A stretch of 33,156 bases of DNA from Paraglomus brasilianum (taxonomy: Eukaryota): contig CAJVPI010000363.1 of NCBI GenBank assembly GCA_910592345.1, positions 1 through 33,156 on the forward strand, in the 5' to 3' direction. This document shows positions 1 to 13,387 of this stretch, piece after piece; position 1 is the stretch's first letter, and the number at the start of each line of letters is the position of its first letter. The notes below the pieces were generated by a model, which saw only the letters and a list, made by a program, of their open reading frames with translations, ran no database searches and was not told where the DNA came from. The translations under genes and the position numbers were made by a program.

Positions 1-75
1 TAACCGATTTTTGTATCGAATTTTTATAAAAACTTTAAAAACGATTGTCACCGCCATTCTTTTCGCCGGGGACTG
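1..75 (-). mobile_element. Probable terminus of a Tc1/mariner-type DNA transposon (runs off the window start)
   Basis: The minus strand reads TA|CAGTCCCCGGCGAAAAGAATGGCGG, i.e. a TA target followed by a CAGT-starting end reminiscent of Tc1-family TIRs. The coding similarity of the adjacent pseudogene stops exactly here. The partner TIR is not visible. Confidence 0.4.
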
Positions 76-227
76 TATTCCGTCGTTCATAAAATCAGGC
101 CATGCCCACTGAGATCCTCTTCCTTCCCCAAACCGCCCGGAATATTATATTCTGTCCAACAAAATGGATATCCGCAAAATGTTCCATCTGGCCCATCAAA
201 GAAATTTAGTTCCTCGGCAGGATTCGC
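76..227 (-). pseudogene. Fragment of a PQQ-dependent sugar (glucose/sorbosone; AA12-like) dehydrogenase, frameshifted and truncated
   Basis: After a catag acceptor the minus strand translates ANPAEELNFFDGPDGTFCGYPFCWTEYNIPGGLG, then after a 1-nt shift GRGSQWAWPDFMNDGI. NPAEELN...GYPxC is characteristic of this beta-propeller family. Confidence 0.55.
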
Positions 228-3197
228 CTATGTATGTTGCATCAGGTCTTTAGGTTCGATAATTTCCACGAATGCTTTACATCATTAAGCCGAGTAAGTT
301 TCATACAATCTAGACAGATTGCCATGTGACCTTTGTAAATTCGAGAACGATAGTAGTCAAAATCGACTAGCTTCCCCTTGCCGAATTAAGCGAATAAGCA
401 TCTATGGTATACGCTGAGTTTTTTCTCGCTTATAATCTTGAATATTGGTTCTAACCCATACGGCCCATTGGTTAAGATTTTCACCCGTTTCACAACAGAC
501 AACATGTTGTATAATCTTTCAGAGTCAAAGAGAGGTTTAAATGGGTTGGAGGGTAACAGACTCTGTTTGCTCATTTATCCAAATGACTGCTACGAAATAG
601 TCTGTCACTATCGCTATAATATTAATAATATTACGCGTATCACGTAATATAGACTCAGCTTAACACTTTCCTTCTGCAGAAAGCCTCCAAAGTTTTATTA
701 ATGCTTTAGTTTCACACAAACAAGAGCTTAGAGACGTGCATTCTTATTACCTCCATCTTAGGCAGTATTTGGAAAAACATGCAACATCGAATACGTGGGG
801 GGCTGAAAAGTTTTGCGCGTGGACCTTTATTTCCAGAAATTTCATAATTGTCGATACAACTATTTTATTCCCTCAAAGTACTCTCTGTTAACATCTGCCA
901 ACTCTAGAAAGACTTCTCATAGTTTTGGATGGTCCAGCAACTGCCTGAACAGCCCTTGCCAAATTTTCGACTTTATCAAATCTTTTTTCCTTCAGTTCTT
1001 TTTTGATAAGAAAAAATCACAAAGAACACAGTCTGGACCGTATGGCAAGTGGAGGAAAGTTCCACTCGTTCGTTATGAAGATACTCCGTTCCTTATGTAA
1101 TGAAGCATAATGTCACGAACAGTTGTTTTTCTGGAGGCTCAGCAAAATGTAGGAAATTTTTCACGAGAAGTGCCGATTTCGTTGGCCAATTTTTTAATAA
1201 AATGTGCGGGTTATTACTAACAATATCCTCGACCTTGGCAATTTTTCTGACGTCACGGCTTCGCAAGGACGTCCAAAATGAGCCTTGTCTTTAATTTCTT
1301 CTTCCCCGTCTTTGAATATAGCAATTCAGCGTCTAATTGTGCTAATATACAATGCTTGTTCCCCTTCTACGTTTACCAACTCTTCGTGAATTTGAGTCGC
1401 ATTTCTGCCACGTAACTTGTGTAATAAAATCTTGGAAGGTATGTGACCTTTACCGTCTGATGAGAGAATTACCAAACCAGATATTTCATACTATTACTCG
1501 GAAAACAGCTTGCAGGATAAGAAAAGCATGCTTAAAGCGGAAACAATACTACATGTCATTGATATGGGTAAGTAAATTTTGTTGTATTTTTGATATATAA
1601 ATTTGAGATGGATAATAGATATCCACCCTCAAACTCAGCTAAAGGTAATCTATGTCTTTGTTGCTCTAAAGAAAGACCAATGGTTTTTCAAAATTGCCAT
1701 ACTAAACCTATACAAATCTAGATTTAAGACACCTAATCTTTGCACAACAAACTCTTTACCTTGAACAATCCGGTAGCAAGTCCTAATCAACTACGATTGC
1801 AATCCGTAAACAATTATAATAGCAGTTTGTATATTGTAAACTTAAAATTCTCTAACCATTGACTGCTTCTCGCGTGTGGAACGAAAATTTTATCTGAAAA
1901 GTAACCGCAGTCATTGGTTGACCTTATCACGGTTTAATTAGTTATTTTATATTGGCGAATACAGTTCTTCCGGCTATTAATGGTCTCTATTTTATTTCAC
2001 TTTGCTTTCTACAGATTCTCAATTGGACTTGCGGGTCAAAATTGCTGTTTGTGCCAGTTGTTTTACTGAATATCGACGCAAAGACAACTTTGCTTGGATT
2101 ATTATTATGCTGAAATAACCCGCATGTTCTCAATTCCTGGAATTAATTCGATGAGAATATCCGGGTTGAATCCATAGAGTGTTTGAAAGCAAAATAAAGC
2201 CCATCTTTCCAGTACGCAAGCGACTCATTCCACTTAACCAATATGTAAGAATAGGATGGATTACTGTTTGAAACTGTGTCGATAGGTATCATTATATAGA
2301 TATTGGAGAGGGATACGTCTGGCCCATTTGTGTATTGCTTGGGACATTTCGTACACCCCTCATTCATGAATGCATATTTCTCGGCATTCAGTTCTCAATG
2401 TAAAGTCAATAAAACATAGCCTGGTATTATACATTATGTTTATTTACACGATGCGAATATGCTTATTTTTTGTCACCAGAAACGTCCTTGGCAACGGTTT
2501 TAAAAAATTACTTAAAGTACTGATGTTCCGGAATTTATTAACAAGAACCGAGCTATGTTTGTGCAAAGAATAAATAAACCTGATACTTTAGTATTAGTCC
2601 AAGAGCATATACTGTATATAGTAATTTCAACCTGCTAATTACACTACTCATCGCCGTTCTATAGTACGTTCTATGGACAAGCGGAAAATACAATGTTAAC
2701 CGAGTGTTGTCATGATATGTAATTACAATAACAGCTGTAAGCAAGAGCGACACCCCGCTAACCATGAAATCGACGCAAGTAGTAGTGGTGGTGGTGGTGG
2801 GGTGGTAGCCTGTTTAAGCAATATGATTTGAGCATTAACCTATCATACGACATAGCCGATATGAACAGAACTTGATTAGCGAATACGACGAGATGTTTAT
2901 CGTGAACAGAAGGTATATTATCTTTTTTTTAATTTTGTAATTAACAATTGATTTAAGGTTTCAATCATAATAATGAATTGTAATCAGTATGAATAAACAC
3001 AATGCAATAAATATTGTACATGTTGCACACTGGTGACACACGAAAAGCAAGAATCACGCCGCTATGGTACGCTTAATTTTTCTGACTGCATAACGCTGCA
3101 CTATCAAGGCACCTTTTTCTTTCTTTCGCAAATTAGTTAAATCGCTGCATATGCGTTGTGATATCGAATGCACAATTGCATTATTGGTGCTGTTTAC

Positions 3198-3227
3198 TAA
3201 TAATAATAACAACAACAACAACAACAA
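3198..3227. repeat. Compound (TAA)n(CAA)n microsatellite
   Basis: taataataataacaacaacaacaacaacaa. Confidence 0.9.
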
Positions 3228-4712
3228 TGGAATTATAATAGGTAGGATTAATGCGTCACAATGTATTGTTCAACCTCCCACAAACTAAATAATCGAGATA
3301 AATCGTATATTAAACCACATGTCACTTATACTTATCAGTTAGTAAGCACGGAATAAAACGTCCTTGTTTTAGTAATCGATATATGCTTTGAAAACCTTCC
3401 TTACAATGAGTCAGGTAAATTAATGGGTGAACAACGTCGCATATAAATTGCTACGGAGTATGGTTTGTCATTCGTCGAACAGACTTTATTAGCAAAAAGA
3501 ACAGTGTATCATTGTGCCACATGTGTAAAATGATTCAAACTAATTAATTATTGTCTTCTGTGCATTAAAGTCAATGGCTGATTGGCTTTGTTAAAGACAT
3601 TCTCCTTGAATATGTCAAACTCTGTAACTGTCATTTTCGTTTGTTTTTGCATTTTTCCATTCGCCTCATTAATAATTGCGCATTTTATGTTGCCAATTTA
3701 CCAGACTCTCCATCATGGATTTCAAACGTCACATTGTATGAAAGAGTAAACATCGAGTTTCTGTAATCTGCGGCCATATGTGCCTAACAAGGGTGATTCG
3801 GATACTTGTTTAGAATTTTTAATTACAGCACGAGGTTATTGGAATAACAAAAGATTTCTTTCTTTCCCTGGGCCACAACTGCAACGAGTTATTAGATATA
3901 CAGTGTTATCAAAGGCAGAGAATATATTTTTAGAAGAATGCGCCGACATACCCGATAATCGAGTACCTATTGTTACTATTGATTAGGGTATTTAGTGTAA
4001 CTGTATTAGTATACATTAATCTCGGGATAATCCCGGTTGTTTTCCTAGTTACCTTTGCGCCAGTATTCAAAGCATCTTTGATCGGCGCAAAGAAATTCCC
4101 GTCCTGTAAACATGATGGAGCACTTAGAGCCTATCGATTTCTTGATCGTCGCATGGTTGAAATTCATCGTTCTTGTTTCGTTTCTTGCCCTTTAATGGAC
4201 TGTTGCCCAACAAATTTAAGTTACATGCTGTTTTTTACTGCGTAGAATATTGTTTTAGTCAGCGACACTTGTTAATTGGAGGGAGTCGCTTTGTGAGAAC
4301 TACGTTTGGGAATAGTAGACGAATTGCGATGAGGGAGAGAAGAACAATAAGAACAATCCCATAAAAAGAATAGCAATGTAAACTAAGTTTAACGCATATG
4401 ATGATAATCAGGGAACCGATATTATCACATTATTAATAGCTAATTGTTTATTTACTTCATGCTAGCATACAGACACTTTACCCTGCTTCAGTTGACAGAA
4501 GGATCTTGACAGCAATCCGAAAGTGATTGGTTCCTTGATGCTGGTTTGAGGTTGAAGATAATTCTGAGAATATGCGTTATAATAGACGGCATTTAATATG
4601 CAGAAGTTTGATCGAGTATTTGTTGACTAAATTAGTGCAACTTTGGTGATCGGTCCGTTCCACTGAATTGGCTTCAGGCCGTCACATTGTGCAAACTATT
4701 ATTCGCATTGTG

Positions 4713-4713
<1 letters not shown>

Positions 4714-4747
<34 letters not shown>
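4714..4747. repeat. (TTA)n microsatellite, about 11 units
   Basis: Directly visible run of ttattatta. Confidence 0.95.
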
Positions 4748-5212
4748 GGCCAATGGGGAATAGATAACAATTCTCTCTAATGAATATTAATATTATTTAA
4801 TACTGGTTGTTACGTATGACAAGTGGTTATAAAAATTTTAACCGTGAAAATTGATAAAAATTCATAATAATAATATTTGATTAATTTACAGGTTTAACTT
4901 TATGTAATTGTTAATATCACTGCATAAATCCGATGAAATACAAGTCAAAACTGATAGGTTAGTCGATCGCTCTATCTACAAAATTACAAATCTATTCAAT
5001 CTCTGTTGTGTAAATTTAAAGTTTGTCCGTGTGTTTGTCCCACCGAGTCGGTATCCAATACACATACTGAATTACTGTGCAACACTTTAGTTAGTTTAAA
5101 TATAAACTCCCACAAAGGCAACCCTTTATTATCAATAGTTTCTGTTTTCAAACAACACTTCAATAGTCTGTTTTCAAACATTCACTCTCACATTCCTTTC
5201 CCAACCACAGTT

Positions 5213-6040
5213 ATGATGTTAGCAAAGCGAAAAAAGCCTGTTCCTGTTGTTCCTGAGAATCAAACAGTAACTATTATTTCTACGATTGCCGCCCCGGCAG
5301 GCACACCGAATCCTCAACCCTCACCGAACCCATCACCAAACCCGTCACCGAACCCATCACCGAACCCATCACCAAACCCACCCTCAACTTCACCCTCGCC
5401 AAACCCGCCACCCTCAGCTTCACCACAATCCAACTCGAATCCTCCTGCTCAACCTGCAGATTCTTCTTCCACTCCTCCCAAATCCACTCCAGGTGACAAC
5501 ACTTCTCCAAAAAATACTGCCACAAACACGCTAAGCAATTCCAATCCAACAACAACCAGTATTGGCAGCCAACAAGAATCTTCAGCGTTTACACTACCAA
5601 CTTCAACAATAACCTCATTTAACTCATCATCACCCCCCACGATAACGTCTATAATATCGAGTCTAGATTCAGACCATCCACCTGGATATGTCTACTCGCT
5701 CGCAACAGTAATAGGAGGAATGGTTTTGTTGGCCATTGTGGTGGCATGTATATTTTGCTACAAGCGGCGAAACGGAGAGAAACGTGATATGGGTTCCTTT
5801 GATGCGTTACTCACAACAATGACAGGCTCCACTCGACCCCCATCATATAATGATGGCCTCATTCCATCGTCTCCTGGTACATCCGTTGTTCACATAGAAC
5901 CGACGTCTCCCGATCTTGATTTGTTGGAGATGGGGTCAATCTATAAACCACCAGCAACATTGCCCAGGGAGAGCATACATATTGATGCCCTCCCTCCAGT
6001 AAACTATAACCCAGTAGAGCACGAGTATGAAAACGATTGA
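5213..6040 (+). CDS. Pro/Ser/Thr-rich single-pass membrane protein (about 275 aa; mucin/cell-wall-sensor-like architecture)
   Basis: First ATG of the long ORF is at 5213. It encodes PSPN repeats, an S/T-rich stalk, a hydrophobic segment YVYSLATVIGGMVLLAIVVACIFCY followed by KRR (positive-inside), and a cytosolic tail with PPSY. The pyrimidine-rich tract and CAG ending at 5210 suggest an upstream intron. Confidence 0.8.
   Translation: MMLAKRKKPVPVVPENQTVTIISTIAAPAGTPNPQPSPNPSPNPSPNPSPNPSPNPPSTSPSPNPPPSASPQSNSNPPAQPADSSSTPPKSTPGDNTSPKNTATNTLSNSNPTTTSIGSQQESSAFTLPTSTITSFNSSSPPTITSIISSLDSDHPPGYVYSLATVIGGMVLLAIVVACIFCYKRRNGEKRDMGSFDALLTTMTGSTRPPSYNDGLIPSSPGTSVVHIEPTSPDLDLLEMGSIYKPPATLPRESIHIDALPPVNYNPVEHEYEND
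5318..5380 (+). repeat. 12-bp tandem repeat encoding PSPN
   Basis: About 5 copies of ccNtcaccRaac. Confidence 0.9.
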
Positions 6041-6761
6041 TGCAAAGCGTGTCGATACTCTTAGATGACGGACATAGTAATGTGTGAGAAAAGTGATTAA
6101 TCACTACGACAGTCATACACTAATCTGGATGGAACTCCATTTTACAAAATAATGGAGCAAGAAAACATTGGCATGACATGCACATTCACTATGTAGAGAG
6201 AATCAGAAAGAGGAGGATTTAATCACAAAAGAAAATTATATTGTAGCTTTATTTTAATAATCAGCAGTTGTCATAATATACAATTTTGCTGTGTAGATAA
6301 TATCTTTCCTTGTAATTTAGAGCGGGACCTGGGTTTTGCAAAAAAAAAAAAAACATCATTGACTGTGTGCGTACGACTCCACTGCGAACGAAAAGATAAA
6401 TGGTGTGTGTTTTCAATTAAGGGCTGGCTTGTACGAATAAACACAATTTCTTGTATTTAATTAATAAGTCGATATTAATATCTCAGTGACAGCAGTTGCC
6501 AAATATGGAAACGAGTATTATTTATTGTAATACCCACAATTTGAAAGCGATAAGATCGTAAACATGTATCCAGTTGACTGACTGTAGTACAGCATACATA
6601 TATTTTTAATACAGTTTCAGCATGGTATCTAGAATTGAACGATTATTGGCCTTACTGTAATCACAATGCTGCGCAATATCATTATCCGAAACACATGTTT
6701 CAACCAATCCAGACGATCAATTAGGTGTGGGTTGGTATTTTTAATGTTCGGTGATTCATAA

Positions 6762-6862
6762 TAATTTCGCCTGGTGCACCAGTGTGGTGGAGCTATAAGG
6801 GTTAGGGTAAATTTGCAGATCTCAATGGTGCATACCACTGGTGGGTGCATCAGGCGAAATTA
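6762..6862. mobile_element. MITE-like short foldback element
   Basis: Arms 6762-6780 (taatttcgcctggtgcacc) and 6844-6862 (ggtgcatcaggcgaaatta) are reverse complements at 18/19. The spacer contains agggttaggg. Confidence 0.6.
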
Positions 6863-7572
6863 ATCGTAATAATCATCGATCGATTTGGGGGTGGATAGAT
6901 TTTTAAATGCCAGCCGAGATTCGAGTTTTGGGGTTGAAACGGGTGAGGGAAAGCACTCGAACAAATAACCGAGAATCTTAATAACCTTCTCAGCTAGATA
7001 GAACCCGTATTAATCATGGAAGAAAGAGGATGAAGCGCTGTCATACAAATGTAGTATCAAAGTTATTAATACTATACTTAAAGATCATTAAACGTGTGCT
7101 CCCATTCTGTTCTTTTTCCAATTAACTAGGCATATTATTGACATCCATCAGAGTGAGCTCTTTCATATTGAATGTTCCATGTTAGATTGTTCTGACGCAT
7201 GGAAAAAATAAAGGCATATTTGTGTTATATCGTGAAGCTAATGTAAAATGACCGTTTGACCTGAGTTTCGTTGACTTGTACGTAATTATTATTATTGATT
7301 TTATGACTTTTCAAGTAACCTATAAACGTCTGGAATAATGACGATTTTATTAACATTCATAAGAAATGTCGTCCTAATCGACCCGAATATGATGGACTAG
7401 TTCATACTAATGTACAGCATGGCATCGTCTTAAAATTATCGACTGAGTATCCTTTTATCATGATTCTTTTCTAATTTCCGTTTATCATTTGTAAATTTCG
7501 CCAACTCAATTTCATCAAATTTCCATACCAGGATGGATATATCAGTTACATCAATCACTTATTCCAGTGTTG

Positions 7573-8873
<1,301 letters not shown>

Positions 8874-9892
8874 TCGTATGCCCGACTGGACATGTTGACG
8901 GCGTCCTTGATAGTCTTACTTGGTGTATCAATTGTCATTTTTGATAATCCTGATCAACTCATAAACGTTTGCAAAAGATGTTTGAGCTTAATGTCTATAA
9001 CAGCTTTTAAAATTGCATTCATCTGCACAATCTAATCAATTGGTATGACGCGACATAGCCCATACGTGGTTCTGCAGACTTGATGCTAGTAAAGGCTGCT
9101 AAAAAACTTAAAGTATTTACAACCTTGGGGGTTGATATTTATTCAACTTCCATAACTTCCCTCAATCGCAGAATTGCGTTCACAAACGTCTGCGTAAGCG
9201 ATGTTATTCCGCTGAATGGGGAACATCGCCCTTGAAGATCTGGCCATCGTCATCACAAATTAATTGATTAGAGAAATGTTCTTATTGTTGAATGGGTGTG
9301 CAATTATAATATTGCACAAGTGTTCGCTGTTATATAACTTCAGTGAACAATCACGATTGAATTCTAATGGCATGCTCTAACGATAGTGATTAAACATAAT
9401 CGTGATTTTTACCAGTTCCAACGAATTACGCATAATTGATACTGAACGAATGGAATGCATAGTAGACTGTGTTCACCAATTCGCGCCAGACGCGCTATCT
9501 ACGTATTAACATTATCATGATGGGTGTAATTATCCAAAAAGATGTGATTACGATTTAGCAAGACAAGCGGGAAAAGGAGCTAGATCGAATAAAAATATGA
9601 CTCTTTTTAATAAATGATTAATAACTATAGATAATCTATTATACAGGCTACTGACTAGACACTAATACTTATTGTATATATTTATGTGTGTGTATGTGTA
9701 TATATATGTACCACTTATTAACGTTTGTATCGCTACTTTTTTGTATCGCTATTTCTTTTAAACGACTTATTGTTAATTAATAATAGACGAATGCTTATAG
9801 CCCAAGTAATAAAAATAATACATTAAAAAGAAATACATTTCATTTATACATGTAAATACAAACACCCGACGACTTTAAATCCATTATTTAAT

Positions 9893-12800
9893 TTACACGT
9901 GAACATCCCTGGATTTTCCACAACCAACGCACACCAACACGGGACTTCCACGCAGAAACGCGTTGAAGTCCGTTGACCCACACAAACATTTGACCTGCTG
10001 CCCTGCAGCCTTCTCATCGTTGACCGAACCAGCGCCTCGAGTGCTTCGTGATCCAGCAGAAAACACACTAGAGGCATCGCTTTGTCTGCGTGCCGCTTGG
10101 GTGCCAAATGCAATAAGATTGTTCATTGTTGAATTCCAAGATCTATTGCTCTTGATTGAAACATTATCCGTATCTTGGTTGGCATAGTACGCACAATCAT
10201 TTCGGAAAACTTTGATACTGCCACTGTAATCGGCACAAACAATGATATTGCCATCCGGATAGGTTGGCAATCCTGATGAGTCTTCTTCAGTGCGATCCTG
10301 CGTTCGGGCAAAGATTGGGTCACTGCACTGTGCTATCAGTCTTTTCGTGCGAGTTGGAGCAAATATGGATACGGTTACTATACTGGAATGAGCTATAAGA
10401 TAGAAAAGATGTTATTCCAATCAATCAGCCCTGCACTTGGTGTATAACTAAATCTTACGACATGTTCGACAAAAAAGCCTTATTACCTTCAAAATACTCG
10501 TAGCTCACTTTGTCTTTCTTCAGCAGGAATCCACCCCCGCTACTTTTTGACGTATGCATTCCCGACTGGTCAGTGTTCCAGATGTACACATTTCGATCTT
10601 CTGACCCGCAAATAATATACCGCCCGTCATCACTATACAAATAAATGTTTAAAGAGATGGATAAACCCGGGCAAACATACGAACGGTTTATGAATAACAA
10701 CCATGGGTACCTAAATGTAGCACGTATTTGACTACACGTGTTCTCCAATCCTTTGTATTTGCATTCCAGCGATTTGTCGCGCATGTTGTAAAGACGTACA
10801 CGTGAATCATTGGAGCTTATGAGAAGCTATAAACATGACATACGGGGAAATGCCTCAGTCAGTATTTTGTGATTGGAAGGAACATTTCAAAGTGCGAACT
10901 TCCTATGAAATACCTTGTCTTGCCCAGGTGAAGTTCCTGGCATTGCCTCAATCCCTGTAATCTTTTTTCCCTTGGAATTTCTACCACGTGAGCTTTTGAC
11001 GTGTATTTGTGTATTATACTTTAACCCTTCTGTTTCGTAAAATAGACACAGTCCAGTAAAACTCCCAGCCACAGAAATCCTGCCATCTAGTGAAAATCCA
11101 ACAGCCGTGATAAGCTGTGAATCCAGTTCGTTCCAGTAAGCAACTTTCTTGTCAGGAATATTCCATAAACGAAGTTTGCAATCCAATGATCCGGAAAGGA
11201 AAAAACGATCATCCTGCGTGTTGCGATGAGTAGAGTATTCATGCATAGAACCATCGATCAGTATTAATATAGGTGGATATTTGGGCACCAATGGATCCGA
11301 GTTAGGAAAGTTCTGTATCTATACATAAACGTCTTTTTGTCCCAAGCCAAAATATATACAAACTACTTTCGAACCAGCCACAAAGTTAGAACCATGGACA
11401 TAGTTGAACAACTCCGGATCCACTGACGCCCAAATTTTTCATAATCATTCTGAGAATGCGATATTGTACCTTCGGGTGAAATGCAATCGCAGTAACAAAA
11501 TCAGTATGTTGAAAGCAGCATAGACATTCCGAGCGTGTTATATGCCATAATCTATAACAAGCGTACACTTTTGTTATTATCAAAGTTATACGGAATGGCA
11601 TTATTTCCTTCTTATTCAATTCTTACCTCACTGTCTTGTCCATCGACGAAGATAGCAAGAAATTGTTCTGAGAAATAAAAAGCAGGCTCAAATTTCAGTA
11701 ACATCGACTATAAAACAGTAATCTTTCCGTTCACCCTATAAAAGCTGAAAGATATTACAGACCTTGCTCCAGCTTAGATCTAACACGTCAGCAGTATGTC
11801 CATGATATTCATACATAGGCTTATCTCTAAATACCGGAGCACCAAGCTTGGCTCCGCTCTTTCCTTCGTATATGCTCGTTCCACTCCCTTCAGCAAAATG
11901 TTCTCTTTCCTCATCACTAGATATTACCGCCCAAACACGAACAACAGCATCTTGGCCTCCAGTCGCTAAAAATTTACCATCTTTACTAAACTTCATAATC
12001 CATATCGCTCCCGTTTTATTTGAACCAAATTTGGAAGACTGTGTGTTGGGGTTGAAGAGTTCCTGAGCTAGGAAAAGGCGGTTAAAGTCCTTTTTGGTTT
12101 TGAAACGTGTTCTAACCTGATATTATAACAGCAAACAACGATTAAAAAACAGTTTTATATTGCGAGGTAGTGGCCAGAGCCCATTCATCACAATCGCATC
12201 TAACCTTGATGTATCGCGGCTGAGCCTGACCATCATAAGATTGAACATCAGAATATACAGGGGCAGTGTTTCCCGTAAGAAAATTATCTTCTGTATCCTC
12301 TTCAATTTTTTCGTGATTAGAAGACCGCTTCTTCAGCCGAGTCAGAAACGACTTTGGACTGGGCCAATTGATATATTATGCATTAATTTGGATACGCAAA
12401 TGAATTCGTGTTCCTCATTTTTATGTATTTTCTTACCGATTATGTTTACTATTTTTCTCTTTATCTTTTTTGTCGTGCTCATTATAATCATCATCAATCC
12501 CTTTTGACAAGCCATTCAAATTGCCATTTCCGCGTTTAGCGTCATCCTCTCGAGGACTGCCCATCTCAGTATCAGAGCCTGTTCGTTTCAGTATATGAAA
12601 CGAAAGCGGATCGATTTTCCCGCTGTTTGATTTTTTCAGTTCTGCTTCTACATCTGCTGCTAATACTTGCTTCCCAGTGTCTAGATCTTTAACATACACT
12701 GTCACATCGAGATCTTCTTCGTAATTATCGGTTTCGGACAAAGTTTGAGAAGGATGGTTGTCATTGGCTATAAGTAAATTGGAAGTAACGGAATTTAGTA

Positions 12801-13387
12801 ATAATTAGGAGAAATTATCGAGCTGACTAGTGAAACTCCCATACCGCACTGGCATAGTATCAACAGTAAAAAATTTTATCAAAGATAAGAATATATCAAA
12901 CTATTTTAAACAAAGAGTAATTCGTTCGAATTCGATCACCTCCAAGTAGAGAGACAGCAAGAATGTACGCAAAAGAATATGCATCGAAATCATACGCCCT
13001 GGTATTGTAAATAGCTTTACCTGAAGCCAATGATGCATTATCCTTATCTATTCTAGATGATACATCGGCTTTTGCAGTTTGGTCGTCTTCTGATAATGAT
13101 CCACTTTCTGACAGACTGTAATCGGGTCCATCAGATAATCCACTCAATTCTTGTTCCCCATTGTCTATAGATGTATCAGTAACTGATATCTCTGGAATAA
13201 TGCGTTTGGTATCCTCCTCCTTGGGTAGAGACGCTAACAGCTTATGACGAGCGGCGGATGATAGCTGAACAGCGGAAAATCTGAGATTTAATGGACGACC
13301 ATTTGAATCATAGAACGTATCCTCTGCGTCTACAAAACTATCGCTGTCGTTGTCGGAAACGTTCATGTTCCAGTGCTTGGAACTCAT
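9893..13387 (-). CDS. WDR44: WDR44 (Rab11-binding protein)/yeast Dgr2-YMR102C-like WD40 repeat protein, 10 exons, about 796 aa
   Basis: Exons 13387-13021, 12767-12437, 12358-12205, 12116-11763, 11667-11627, 11551-11470, 11213-10914, 10826-10711, 10632-10487, 10392-9893 are all in frame. Motifs: [79 protein letters not shown], GSED. Confidence 0.92.

Noticed and set aside
760..1295. Possible TTAA-targeting (Kolobok-like) nonautonomous element
   Set aside because: One end looks plausible (gtctttaa) but no matching inverted partner could be identified.
2010..2440. Decayed coding-like sequence on the minus strand
   Set aside because: It has multiple stops and no recognisable family motif.
5006..5212. 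N-terminal extension of the Pro-rich ORF from a TTG start
   Set aside because: It uses a non-ATG start and looks like UTR/intron sequence with an acceptor at 5210.
9197..9228. Hairpin gcgatgtt...aacatcgc between convergent genes as an ncRNA
   Set aside because: It is only an 8-bp stem with no tRNA or snoRNA box features, within chance expectation.
12768..13020. Hidden microexon (cag|TGCG|gtatgg) in the 253-nt first WDR44 intron
   Set aside because: Inclusion breaks the frame, whereas direct splicing is in frame. A poison exon cannot be excluded without RNA data.
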